Origin: an uncultured Clostridium sp.
Lineage (GTDB): Bacteria; Bacillota; Clostridia; TANB77; CAG-508
Assembly (NCBI GenBank): GCA_946411515.1
Contig: CAMKEH010000001.1
Span: 173,204 to 237,203 of the forward strand
Length of the DNA stretch: 64,000 nt
Direction: 5' to 3'
Shown: in pieces, positions 44,990 to 55,835 of the stretch
How positions within the stretch are numbered: position 1 is the stretch's first letter
How the letters are laid out: each line of letters opens with the position of its first letter
Notes under the pieces: model-generated
Databases searched by the model: none
What the model saw: only the letters and a program-made list of their open reading frames with translations
What the model was told of the DNA's origin: nothing
Program-made: the position numbers and the translations under genes

Positions 44990-46219
44990 TTAAGGATTTG
45001 TGTTTGTAGTTGTATTTGTATTACTTTCTTGTTCTGCATTTGTATTTTCAGTTTGTGTTGTAGGTATTAATCCATTTGTTATATATGGCATTGGGTCTGT
45101 AACTATACCATTTAATCTTACTTCAAAATGTGCATGAGGTCCTGTTGAATATCCTGTTGAGCCAACTTTTAATACTGCTTCTCCTCTTTTTACAATTTGA
45201 CCTACTTCAACTAAAATTTGTGAACCATGTGCATATAGTGTAGATACTCCTCCTCCATGGTCTATAATTACCATGTTTCCATATGCCCCATTATATCCTG
45301 CTTTTACAACAATACCATCATTTGCTGCTATAAAATTTGCTCCCATTGGTGCACTTATATCAGTTCCTGTATGAAGTTTATATACACCTGTTATAGGATG
45401 TGTTCTCATTCCATATTTTGAACTAATTCTAGTATAACCAGGTACCGGCCATGCTAGTTCTCCTCCTATATATTTAGTATCTATTCCTTCTAATGCAATA
45501 GAAAGTATTTCTGAATTTATTGCTGCAAATTGAGTATTATATTCATCTATTTTTTCTTGTATTCCTTTTTCTTGTTCTGATAATTTTGTTATATAATTTT
45601 CTCTTACTGTTTTTGTATTTTCCAATATTCTTGCTGTTTTACTTTGATTTATTTTAATCTCAGCTAATTCTTTTTGCTTATCTTGCAATTGTTTTTTGTT
45701 TTTTTCTATTTCTTCTTTTTTATTTTGCATATCTTCTAAAAGTTCTGTATCATATCTTGCAAGTTCTGTAATTAGAAAATAATTAGATAAGAAGTCAGAA
45801 ATACTTTTAGAACTTAAGATAACATCTAAATATTCAGTATCACTAGATTCTTGTACTGCAATTAGTCTGTTATCTAATAATTTTTTTTGCTTATCATAAT
45901 TTTTTTCAGCTATATCTAATTTAGCTTGTACTTCATTCATTGTAGCTTGTAATTGGCTAATTTTAATTTCTAATTCTGCTAATTCTTTATTAGATTGTTC
46001 TATTTTTTCATCTAATTTTTGAACTTGTTGTAAGTTTTGTGATAATTCATCTTGTACACCTTCTAGTTCTTCATTTGCTTCATTTAATTGATTCTGCAAT
46101 TCATCTTTTTGTTTTTGTAAATCTGAATTTTCATTATTTTCATTTTCAGCATATACATAAGAAAAAATACTAAAACTGCTAATTACAAAAGCTAAAACAA
46201 TACATAAAACTTTACGCAT
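44990..46219 (-). CDS. Coiled-coil M23 peptidase (EnvC/PcsB-like partner of FtsEX)
   Basis: HTGTDI, TLYAH, STGPHAHFEVR. Confidence 0.92.
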   Translation of the reverse strand: MRKVLCIVLAFVISSFSIFSYVYAENENNENSDLQKQKDELQNQLNEANEELEGVQDELSQNLQQVQKLDEKIEQSNKELAELEIKISQLQATMNEVQAKLDIAEKNYDKQKKLLDNRLIAVQESSDTEYLDVILSSKSISDFLSNYFLITELARYDTELLEDMQNKKEEIEKNKKQLQDKQKELAEIKINQSKTARILENTKTVRENYITKLSEQEKGIQEKIDEYNTQFAAINSEILSIALEGIDTKYIGGELAWPVPGYTRISSKYGMRTHPITGVYKLHTGTDISAPMGANFIAANDGIVVKAGYNGAYGNMVIIDHGGGVSTLYAHGSQILVEVGQIVKRGEAVLKVGSTGYSTGPHAHFEVRLNGIVTDPMPYITNGLIPTTQTENTNAEQESNTNTTTNTNP

Positions 46220-46229
46220 GTTTTCTCCT

Positions 46230-47133
46230 TTATACTTTTAAATATTTTCTCATTGATATAACACTTCCGCAAAGCTCCTATTCCAATACCAAGTAACATA
46301 TATACAACTATAATTGAGTTAAGCATATCTCCAAAACCAATTAAGCTCATATTTATTACTTGCATGAATTGAGAGTTTACTAAACTTTCAGCTATCATAT
46401 TATAAGCAATTCCTACTAATGTAATAGAAATCACACTTGCAAATACACCTATTATCATACCTTCAACAATAAATGGCCATCTTATAAATCCATTTGTTGC
46501 CCCAACATATTTCATAATTGAAATTTCTTTTCTTCTTGCATGAACTGTAAGTTTTATTGTATTTGCTATGATAAATACTGATATTATTATCAATAAACCT
46601 AGTATTACACCTGTAACAATTTTTATTCCATTAGCTAAATTAATTAAAGTTTCCACAGTTTCATCTTTACTTGTGATTTTTTTAACATTTTCTAACGTTA
46701 ATATTTGATCTTGCACTGTTTGGCTTTGTTTTAAATCTGTTAATGTTACAACATAAGATGCTGTAAAGATATTATTTTCTCCTTCATAGCCTTCAAGTAA
46801 GTCTTTTTTATCTCCAAATTTTTCTTTCATTTGGTTTAAAGCTTGTTCTTTAGAAACAAATTCTGTTTTACTTACTCCATCTATTTTTCTTATTTTGTCT
46901 TCTAATTCTTCTATTTGTTCTTGTGTTGCTTCATTTTTAATAAAAACTTGTATCCCTTGTGCAGACTCTACTTCTTTTACAAAATGATTTATATTTTCTC
47001 CTAATGTTAAAAATATTCCGAATATAATCATAGTTGCACACATTATCATAAGGGAAGCACCTGTTGATTTTTTATTTTTGAATACATTACTAAAACCTTC
47101 ACCTATTAAATATCCTAAAATGTTATATTTCAT
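46230..47133 (-). CDS. ftsX: Cell division permease FtsX (300 aa after +1 shift at CGG 46267-46269)
   Basis: IANTIKLTVHARRKEISIMKYVGAT. The typical C-terminus GSVISMRKYLKV* is restored by skipping the C of TTG-CGG-A. Confidence 0.93.
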
Positions 47134-47809
47134 AATCATACCCACCTTTTCTATCGTCTCTTATGATTTCACCTTTACGAATATGGATAACTCTTTTTTT
47201 CATTTTGTCCACTATATCTTTAGCATGTGTTGCAACAACTACTGTTGTTCCTCTCATATTAATATCATTTAGTAAATTCATAATATCCCATGCTGTATCT
47301 GGATCTAAGTTTCCTGTAGGCTCGTCTGCAATAAGCATAGATGGATTATTAACTAATGCTCTAGCCAAAGCTACCCTTTGTTGTTCTCCACCTGATAATT
47401 CATTTGGATACATTTTAGTTTTTCCACTTAATCCAACTAATGATAATACCATAGGTACTTGTCTTCTTATATGTCTTGGTGTTGCTCTTACAATGTACAT
47501 TGCATAAGCTACATTATCATATACTGTTTTGTCTGGTAATAATCTAAAATCTTGAAAAACAACTCCCATACTTCTTCTTAAATATGGAACTCTATTTGGT
47601 TTTAAATATGTTGTATCTTTTCCATTAATAATTATATTTCCTGATGTTGGTTCTTCTTCTTTTAGTATTAATTTTATTAATGTTGATTTACCACTTCCAG
47701 ATGATCCTACTAAAAAAGCGAAATCACCTTTATCTATTACAAAATTTGCATTTTTAACGGCTTTTGTTCCTGTATCATATGTCTTTGATACATTTCTAAA
47801 TTCTATCAT
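47123..47809 (-). CDS. ftsE: Cell division ATP-binding protein FtsE
   Basis: GSSGSGKST, VFQDFRLL, LSGGEQQR, ADEPTGNLD; upstream of ftsX. Confidence 0.96.
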   Translation of the reverse strand: MIEFRNVSKTYDTGTKAVKNANFVIDKGDFAFLVGSSGSGKSTLIKLILKEEEPTSGNIIINGKDTTYLKPNRVPYLRRSMGVVFQDFRLLPDKTVYDNVAYAMYIVRATPRHIRRQVPMVLSLVGLSGKTKMYPNELSGGEQQRVALARALVNNPSMLIADEPTGNLDPDTAWDIMNLLNDINMRGTTVVVATHAKDIVDKMKKRVIHIRKGEIIRDDRKGGYDYEI

Positions 47810-48058
47810 TTTTTGTACTCCTTGTTTTATTTTTCTATCTAAAAAATTATTTTCTTTTTTATTCTATCATATAATAACAATAAACTCTATTTTTTGCAAT
47901 AGTTTTCAGTAAATTTTAAGTGAATTTTTTGTAACAATTTTATCCAGTTTTTGTTGACTTTATATGTCATATAATATAAAATAACTCTAGTGACAAAAAG
48001 CGTCATGATTATATCTTATTAATAGTAGGAATACTATATAAAAGAGAGGAGAAAACAA

Positions 48059-49117
48059 ATGACAAAACAAACTAAAGGTATAACTTTGATAGCACTTGTT
48101 ATCACAATTATAGTCCTTCTAATACTAGCAGGAGTAACAATTGTAACACTAACAGGTGATAATGGATTATTACAAAAAGCAAATGAAGCTAAAAATACTA
48201 CAATAGAAGCAGAAGGTTTAGAAAGAATTAAACTTGCAGTAATGGCAAGTCATGATGAAAATGGAATTAACACAACTTTCCTTGCAAAAAACTTAAGTCA
48301 AATAAATAATTTAACAGATTCAAATAATAAAGCAATAGAAGAAAGTACAGAAATAACATTACCAAAGATAATAAAATTAAATAGTACAACTTATGAAATT
48401 AATGCTGATGGAGAAGTTTATAAATATTATAATACAGATGGACTTATTTTATTGTTAGATGGTATTAACAATACAAGAAATGGTCATAGTACAACTACAA
48501 CAACCTGGGAAGATTTAAGTGGGAACAATAATGATTTTACTAAATTAGATTCAGCTTTAAATGCTATATGGAGTGACAATAGTTATGTAGGAGATGCAAC
48601 TAATAGAACTTTGGTTTTAAATAAAGCAATTTTAGAAAACTCAAATGAATGTACAGTTGAAGTTTGTTATGATATTCCAAAATTTAACAACAACTATATT
48701 TGGATTTTTCAAAGCAGACAAAAAGTTAATCCAGCGAATGGATTTCAATTCAATGTAAGCCCAAATAATAGAGAAATTTGTTTATGGACAGGTAAAAACA
48801 ATTCTAATTATCATTCTTTATCAAATTTTAAAAATTTAACTGATTTAGGAAAACGAACAGAGGCATTTTCGGTAGGTAGCAACAATATTATATTTTCTGA
48901 TGATTTACAATTTTATAATGAAGATATAGAAGAAGGAATTATTAATTCAGTAATGCAGCGAGATTTCTATTCTATAGGAAGTGCTTATCCTTGGAGTGGA
49001 ACCAATTATAGTTTTAAAGGAAATATATATTCTATAAGAGTATATAATAGAAAGTTATCTGAAGATGAACTAAAAAATAATTATGAAATAGATAGATCGA
49101 GATTTAATATGGATTAA
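48059..49117 (+). CDS. Type IV pilin-like protein with LamG/ConA-like C-terminal domain
   Basis: KGITLIALVITIIVLLILAGV leader; WEDLSGNNN and FKGNIYSIRVYNRKLS. Confidence 0.82.
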   Translation: MTKQTKGITLIALVITIIVLLILAGVTIVTLTGDNGLLQKANEAKNTTIEAEGLERIKLAVMASHDENGINTTFLAKNLSQINNLTDSNNKAIEESTEITLPKIIKLNSTTYEINADGEVYKYYNTDGLILLLDGINNTRNGHSTTTTTWEDLSGNNNDFTKLDSALNAIWSDNSYVGDATNRTLVLNKAILENSNECTVEVCYDIPKFNNNYIWIFQSRQKVNPANGFQFNVSPNNREICLWTGKNNSNYHSLSNFKNLTDLGKRTEAFSVGSNNIIFSDDLQFYNEDIEEGIINSVMQRDFYSIGSAYPWSGTNYSFKGNIYSIRVYNRKLSEDELKNNYEIDRSRFNMD

Positions 49118-49289
49118 GATTTTAGAGTTTCCAAATTGGAACCTCTATTTTTTTCAATATTTAATTAATAATTTTGCATATTTACACACTTTTTAGTAAT
49201 GACACTTTCCTCTTCTATTTTGTTTAAGATGACAAATTGTCACCTTAAAGATTTATATTTATCATCTTTTAGTTTTTAGATATTCATTT

Positions 49290-50190
49290 TTATTTTTGTG
49301 TTACCATTTTTTCTATAATACTTATATCTTCCATTTTATTAATCGCAAAACATTTTTTACCTAGATCTTTTATTGAAGCACCACAATGATATAATTCTTT
49401 ATTATCTATTATAATAAATCTGTCATGAAATTTATTAGTTTTTGAAACTTTTAAAATAGGGTATTCTTTATTAAATTTATTTACATCAATTTTTTCTATA
49501 TTACTTTTATCAGATGTTAATATTATAACTTCTACATTTTTATTCTTCTTTGTTAACATTTTTAAAATACTATCATCAATATAATTATCAATTATTGTAA
49601 TTTTATTATTTGCTCTTTTTAAAATATCAATTATTAAATTATAACTATCCCAAATTTGGCCTTCAAAAAATATTTTTTGCTTTATATTTTCTTCTTGGTG
49701 CAAACTATTAAATACCTCATCAAATTTCTTATCATGTTCTAATAACTTATATTCTACATTTATTAGTCTATCAAATATTTGTCCGTTTGAAGCTAAAAAT
49801 TTCCTCATTTCTACAAATGCATCCATTATTTTAATACTTACATTTATTGCAACATCTGTCCTTATAATTGTAGCTAGCATTGCTACTCCCTGTTCTGTAA
49901 AGGCATAAGGCAAACTTCTTATTTTAGATATTCTATTTTGCGGTCCCAACTTGTGACCGCAAAACGTTATATTCATTTTCATTTACTTGAAACATAAATC
50001 TTTCTGGAAATCTGTTAATATTTCTTTTAACTGCTTGATTTATCGTTTTAGTACCATTTTTACAATTATATAATTCGGCCAAATCTCTATCTAGTATTAC
50101 TTGTTTTCCTCTTATTGTATATATTAGATTTTTTATTTCTTCATTTGTAATTGTATCTTTAATAGTTAAATCTTTTATTTCATTTGGCAT
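49290..50190 (-). CDS. ORF6N (KilA-N-like) domain protein with PLD-like C-terminus (299 aa after +1 shift at CGG 49957-49959)
   Basis: IYTIRGKQVILDRDLAELY, RFPERFMFQ, LPYAFTEQGVAML, FHDRFIIID...GASIKDLG. Confidence 0.82.
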
Positions 50191-50330
50191 ATTATCACTT
50201 CCTATTTCAATTTTATGTCATTTTAAAACATTTGTTTGTGTTTGTCAAGTACTTTTTATTATTTTTTCTTTTTATAAAATAAAACACCTAGAATTTGTTT
50301 TTCTAGGTGTTTTTTTATTTATTATTTTTA

Positions 50331-51251
50331 TTAAAATTTATTAACTATATCATCTGCTGTTATATGGAAGTATTTCATTAGTTCTTCTGCTTTACCTGAT
50401 TTACCGAAAGTATCATTTATTCCTAGTCTTTCTATTTTTGTTGGATATTCTTCTGTTAATACTTCTGATATAGCAGTTCCAAGTCCTCCTATTATGCTAT
50501 GATCTTCGATTGAAATAAGTCTTTTAGTCTCTTTTGCGCATTTTATAATCATTTCTTTATCAATTGGTTTTATTGTATGAATATCTACTACTCTTATCTC
50601 TATTCCTTTTTCTTTTAATTTTTCTTTTGCAATTAAAGCTTGTTCTACTGTTATTCCTGTTGCAAATACAGTAGCCTCTGTTCCTTCTCCTATTTGAACT
50701 GCTTTTCCTATTTCAAATGTTTGGTTTTCATCATAAATTTGTCCTGTTTTCATTCTAGCTAGTCTTAAATATACTGGTCCTTTTATTTTAGATATTTCTT
50801 TAACTGCCCATTTTGTTTGTATATCATCTGATGTTGACATTACTGTCATATTAGGTAAAGTTCTCATTAATGATATATCTTCTAGCATTTGATGTGTTGC
50901 TCCATCTTCTCCCACTGTTATTCCTGCGTGCGTTGCACATATTTTTACATTTAAATTTGGATAACATACACTATTTCTTATTTGGTCATATGCTCTTCCT
51001 GCTGCAAAAATTGCAAAAGTACTAGCATATGGTATTTTTCCAGTTGTTGAAAGTCCTGCGGCTGTTCCTATCATATTTGCTTCAGCAATTCCCATATCAA
51101 AAAATCTATCAGGAAATTCTTTCGCAAATATATTTGTTTTAGTAGCTGTTGCTAAATCTGCATCTAAAACTACTATATCTTTATTTTCTTTTCCTAATTC
51201 AAGTAAAGCTTCTCCATAACTTTGACGTGTGGCTTTTTTTTCTTTTTCCAT
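50331..51251 (-). CDS. Transketolase, C-terminal subunit
   Basis: DMGIAEANM, GEDGATHQ, IEDHSIIGGLG. Confidence 0.95.
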   Translation of the reverse strand: MEKEKKATRQSYGEALLELGKENKDIVVLDADLATATKTNIFAKEFPDRFFDMGIAEANMIGTAAGLSTTGKIPYASTFAIFAAGRAYDQIRNSVCYPNLNVKICATHAGITVGEDGATHQMLEDISLMRTLPNMTVMSTSDDIQTKWAVKEISKIKGPVYLRLARMKTGQIYDENQTFEIGKAVQIGEGTEATVFATGITVEQALIAKEKLKEKGIEIRVVDIHTIKPIDKEMIIKCAKETKRLISIEDHSIIGGLGTAISEVLTEEYPTKIERLGINDTFGKSGKAEELMKYFHITADDIVNKF

Positions 51252-51271
51252 ATTAATTCCTCTTTTCTTAT

Positions 51272-52087
51272 TTATTTTAATTCTTCTATTGCCTTATTAT
51301 ATTCTTCTTCATTTGGAGCTTTTCCATGCCATTCTACTTTATTTTCCATATAAGATACACCTTTACCTTTTGTAGTTTTTGCAATTATGCATGTAGGCTT
51401 TCCTTTAATTTCTTTTGCCACATCAAAAGCTTTAATTATTTCATCTATATCATGACCATTTATATTTATAATTTGGAATCCAAAACTCTTAAATTTTTCT
51501 TCTATTGGATAAGAACTCATAACTTCTTCAATTGTACCATCTATTTGCAAATTATTATTATCAACAACAACACATAAATTATCTAACTTGTATTTGCTTG
51601 CTGCCATTGCCGCTTCCCAAACTTGTCCTTCTTCTATTTCTCCATCTCCTAAAATACAATAAACTCTATAGTCCTTATTGTCTATTTTTCCTGCAATTGC
51701 CATACCATTTGCAGAAGATAATCCTTGTCCTAAAGAACCTGTTGTCATATCAACTCCTGGAACTTTATTCATATCAGGATGACCTTGTAATCTACCATTT
51801 ATAGTTCTAAAATCTTTTAATTCTTCTTGTTCAAAATATCCTCTATTTGTCAAACAACTATATAATGCAGGTGCACAATGTCCTTTAGAAAGAACTACCC
51901 TGTCTCTATCTTCCCATTTTGGATTTTTAGGATCTATATTTAATTCGTGAAAATATAATACTGTTAAAATATCTGCTATTGAAAGAGAACCTCCTGGGTG
52001 GCCAGAGCCCGCTCTATACACTTGATCTACTATTCCTCTTCTTATTATTTTTGCGGTAGCTTGTAATTTTTCTATTTCTTTTTCCAT
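51272..52087 (-). CDS. Transketolase, N-terminal subunit
   Basis: SGHPGGSLS, LSKGH, GSLGQG, GDGEIEEG. Confidence 0.95.
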   Translation of the reverse strand: MEKEIEKLQATAKIIRRGIVDQVYRAGSGHPGGSLSIADILTVLYFHELNIDPKNPKWEDRDRVVLSKGHCAPALYSCLTNRGYFEQEELKDFRTINGRLQGHPDMNKVPGVDMTTGSLGQGLSSANGMAIAGKIDNKDYRVYCILGDGEIEEGQVWEAAMAASKYKLDNLCVVVDNNNLQIDGTIEEVMSSYPIEEKFKSFGFQIININGHDIDEIIKAFDVAKEIKGKPTCIIAKTTKGKGVSYMENKVEWHGKAPNEEEYNKAIEELK

Positions 52088-52229
52088 TAAAAAATCACTC
52101 TCCTTATTTTTCTAAATTTAATATAACACAACTTTATATTTTTTACTATAAATATTTAAATTTTTTCTAAAAACTTTACGTATATTTTTTTGTATACTAT
52201 AATAATTTGTATATGAAAGGACTGGTTAT

Positions 52230-53654
52230 ATGTTAGATAATTATATTGATAATTTAAAAGATGAAATAATTGAAAAAACTAGAAGTGTAATTCAAATTCC
52301 AAGCGTGTATAGTGATATAAATACTCCTTCTATACCTTTTGGGAAAAATGTAAATGATGCTTTAGAATATGTTTTAAATTTAGGAAAAAACCTAGGATTT
52401 AGAACTAAAAATCTAGATGGTTATTGTGGATATATTGAATTTGGTGAAGGCAAAGAAATGTTAGGAATTATAGGCCATTTAGATGTTGTTCCTGAAGGAG
52501 AAGGATGGACTTACCCTCCTTTTAGTGCTACCATTCATGATGGAAAAATATTTGGTAGAGGCTCTATTGATGATAAAAGTGCTGTAATAGCCAGTTTATA
52601 TGCTATGAAAGCAGTCATGGATAACTGTAAAATTAATAGAAGAGTACGACTTATTCTAGGTTTAAATGAGGAAAGAGATTGGAAATGTATCAAACATTAT
52701 AAAGAGTCAGAAGAAATGCCAGATATTGCATTTAGTCCAGATGCTGATTTTCCTTGTATTTATGCAGAAAAATCCATCTTGAATTGTTCTATAAGTTCAG
52801 ATTATTTTGAAAATGAAAATTCTAATATAATAATTAAAGAAATTGATTGTAATAATAATGCATTAAATGTTGTTCCCAAAATTTGCACAGCTACTTTAGT
52901 TATTAATAACAATAATGTATCTATTGATGAATTAATTAAATTTATAAAATCTGAAATACATACTAATAAATTTGAAATTGAAATTTTAAAATCAGATGAT
53001 AGTGAAATAAAGTTAATATCTCACGGTATTCAAGCACATAGTGCTCATCCTGATTTAGGTATAAATGCAATTTCTAGATTAATTACTATTTTAAATAAAA
53101 TATTTAAATTTTGTAATGAAAAAAATGAGATTTTAGACTTCTTTAATAAATATATAAATACTGATTATTATGGAAAAAATTTAGGATTGAATTTTGAAGA
53201 TGAATCAGGAAAACTAACTTTAAATGTTGGACATTTTTCTTTTGAAAATTCAAAATTAGAAATTAAAATGAATATAAGAATTCCTGTTACAATTGATCCA
53301 AATAAAATTACACAAAAATTTATAGAACTTTGTAATTTATATAAAAATTTAAGTTTTAAAGAAATAGACTTAGCAAATGCTTTGTATATACCAAAGAACA
53401 ATCAATTAGTTTCTACTCTTTGTAATATATTTAATGAATATACCAATTCTAATTATGAACCTGTAGCAATTGGAGGCGGTACATATGCAAAAGCATTTAA
53501 GAATTGTATATCTTTTGGGCCAAATTTTCCAGGCCATAAAGATATGTGTCATAAAACAAATGAATTTATTGAAATAAATAATTTAATATTATGTTCTAAA
53601 ATATACGCAAAAGCTATATTAGAACTTGCATCAAAAGATTTTAAAATCCAGTAG
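52230..53654 (+). CDS. pepV: M20 dipeptidase PepV-like
   Basis: GHLDVVP, GRGSIDDK, NEE, GGGTYA. Confidence 0.88.
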   Translation: MLDNYIDNLKDEIIEKTRSVIQIPSVYSDINTPSIPFGKNVNDALEYVLNLGKNLGFRTKNLDGYCGYIEFGEGKEMLGIIGHLDVVPEGEGWTYPPFSATIHDGKIFGRGSIDDKSAVIASLYAMKAVMDNCKINRRVRLILGLNEERDWKCIKHYKESEEMPDIAFSPDADFPCIYAEKSILNCSISSDYFENENSNIIIKEIDCNNNALNVVPKICTATLVINNNNVSIDELIKFIKSEIHTNKFEIEILKSDDSEIKLISHGIQAHSAHPDLGINAISRLITILNKIFKFCNEKNEILDFFNKYINTDYYGKNLGLNFEDESGKLTLNVGHFSFENSKLEIKMNIRIPVTIDPNKITQKFIELCNLYKNLSFKEIDLANALYIPKNNQLVSTLCNIFNEYTNSNYEPVAIGGGTYAKAFKNCISFGPNFPGHKDMCHKTNEFIEINNLILCSKIYAKAILELASKDFKIQ

Positions 53655-53701
53655 CAATACTGGATTTATTTTTATATTTTAATTAATTTTAAGCATAAAA
53701 A

Positions 53702-53887
53702 TACCCCGCCTTAGCCGTCAGATGTTTGAATTTTTAAGGACCTGCTCCTAAAAACAGGTGGGTGCCTACCTGAATATTCATGGGCTTCTTACTATATTGT
53801 AAGCTTGCACGCCATATTCATGAGATCTGGCCCCTCTTAATATGTGTTGGTTCTAAAAATTCTGTCTATACGCACTATGCAGGGAAA
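53702..53887 (-). ncRNA. ssrS: 6S RNA
   Basis: About 185-nt GC-richer rod with Firmicutes 6S hallmarks CCCTG..TGCGT, GAACC, GGCACCCACCTG, GACGGC..GGGG. Confidence 0.82.
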
Positions 53888-54134
53888 ATTATTTACTTAT
53901 ATTTATTTAAGTTATTTATATTTTAACATATAGTTATTTACTTTACAAATAAAATTTTTGTTAAAAAAATTTATTATTTTAATATACTACCTATTATCTC
54001 ATTTTTTCACTTATATTCTCTCTTATTTATACTTTTTTAAACCTTGCTTTTTTTATAGAAATATGTTAAAATGAATTAAGATTTGCGGGTAAATATATTC
54101 GTTTTTAGACATATTGTTATATGTCTTTTTTTAT

Positions 54135-54809
54135 TTACATTACATATAACAATATACACAAAAATTGTAATAAACTAGCTATTACTATTAGTAAATGAAA
54201 TATTGAATGCATATATTTATATTTTCTACCTAAGCCATAGAAAATAGCTCCTAATGTATATAATATTCCACCAGACACTAATAATATTAATGCCATTGGA
54301 CTAAGTACTTCTGGAAGCAAGCTTGCTTTTATTATGATGCACCATCCCATTGCAATATAAGCTATCATTGAAAACACTCTAAATTTTTTTAAATCAATTG
54401 CATTTAAAACAATTCCAAGTATTGCTAAAAGCCATATAAATCCAAATATTGTCCACCCCCAAGCTGGATCATACTGCCTTATAGTACATAAGGCAAATGG
54501 TGTATATGAGCCTGCAATTAATAAAAATATTACGCAGTGATCTAAAATCTGAAATACTTTTTTAGATGTCCTTTTAGGACTTAATCCATGATATATACTT
54601 GATGTTGTATATAACAATATCATACTTACTCCATATACTATTCCGCTTACAACCCCATATCCATTTCCATGCACTGCTGCAAAAATAATACAAAGAATAG
54701 TTGCAACAACTCCTAAAACTGCTCCTACTATATGTGTTGTCATATTAAATATTTCTTCACCTTTTGTGTATGTAGGTAATTCTCTATCTTTTAATTTTGT
54801 TCTTTTCAT
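54135..54809 (-). CDS. Hemolysin III / PAQR family membrane protein
   Basis: EEIFNMTTH, SSIYH, LDHCVIFLLIAGSYTP, HSIFH. Confidence 0.92.
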   Translation of the reverse strand: MKRTKLKDRELPTYTKGEEIFNMTTHIVGAVLGVVATILCIIFAAVHGNGYGVVSGIVYGVSMILLYTTSSIYHGLSPKRTSKKVFQILDHCVIFLLIAGSYTPFALCTIRQYDPAWGWTIFGFIWLLAILGIVLNAIDLKKFRVFSMIAYIAMGWCIIIKASLLPEVLSPMALILLVSGGILYTLGAIFYGLGRKYKYMHSIFHLLIVIASLLQFLCILLYVM

Positions 54810-54911
54810 TTACATCTACATCCTTATTTTTATTTTTTGCAATTATAACATATTTTATTACAAAAGTGAAGTTTTGTTTTATTATTTCTTATAACATTAA
54901 TTACTCGTTAA

Positions 54912-55706
54912 TTACTTTTTTATCAAATTAAAAATATAAAATCCTAGAATTATGCATATTAAACTAATAATCCCATTTATCACAGTTGTTTCATCTGGTA
55001 ACAACACAAAAATAGACCCTAAAGCAAATCCTATTATTGAATAAAATGTTTTTTCATAAAAATGCTTTAATAAAAAATTTGTTATTTTCATTAATATAAT
55101 ACTTCCTAATACTATTCCTATTCCCATAGGTATAAGGACTGGAAAATATAAATTTGAAATAGATGAAAGATATATGTTATATATTCCCATAATCATTAAA
55201 ATAACTGTACTACTTACTCCTGGAACAATAATTCCAATAGACATACTAAATCCTGATAAAATCAAATATATATAACTAACATTTTGGTTTACACTATTTA
55301 TTTCAATTTTATTTTCTAAAATTACTGATACTATTCCTATTATAAATGCAATTAATGTATATAATAAGTACTTTAATCTAAATTTAGAATTTTTATTAGC
55401 TTCCTTAAATAGAGATGGTATACTTCCAAGTATCAAACCAATAAAAATCGATTTTGTTTGTAATGGAAATTGAAACAAGAAAAATTTAAGTATATTACTA
55501 AAAATAAAAACACCTATAATAACTCCGGTAATAATGGAAAATAAAAATTTAAAATTATTTTTTACATCTTTAAAAAAATTTAAAACACTATCAATTAATT
55601 TCTCATATATACCAAAAATAACACATATAACTCCGCTGCTAATTCCCGGAAGTATTGCACCACTTCCAATTACTATTCCTAAAATACAATTTAATAAAAA
55701 ATTCAA
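54912..55706 (-). CDS. DUF368 membrane protein
   Basis: Duplicated ILPGISSG / IVPGVSS motifs. Confidence 0.85.
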   Translation of the reverse strand: MNFLLNCILGIVIGSGAILPGISSGVICVIFGIYEKLIDSVLNFFKDVKNNFKFLFSIITGVIIGVFIFSNILKFFLFQFPLQTKSIFIGLILGSIPSLFKEANKNSKFRLKYLLYTLIAFIIGIVSVILENKIEINSVNQNVSYIYLILSGFSMSIGIIVPGVSSTVILMIMGIYNIYLSSISNLYFPVLIPMGIGIVLGSIILMKITNFLLKHFYEKTFYSIIGFALGSIFVLLPDETTVINGIISLICIILGFYIFNLIKK

Positions 55707-55835
55707 TCAAATACACCTCTTTAAACTTTATTACTTAAATTTTAAAAAATTCTAAAATAGTTTTTTATTTGGTCATGCACTTTTATCTTTTTAACACATA
55801 TAATTTCGTTATAAGAATAAATTGGAGGTGCATTT

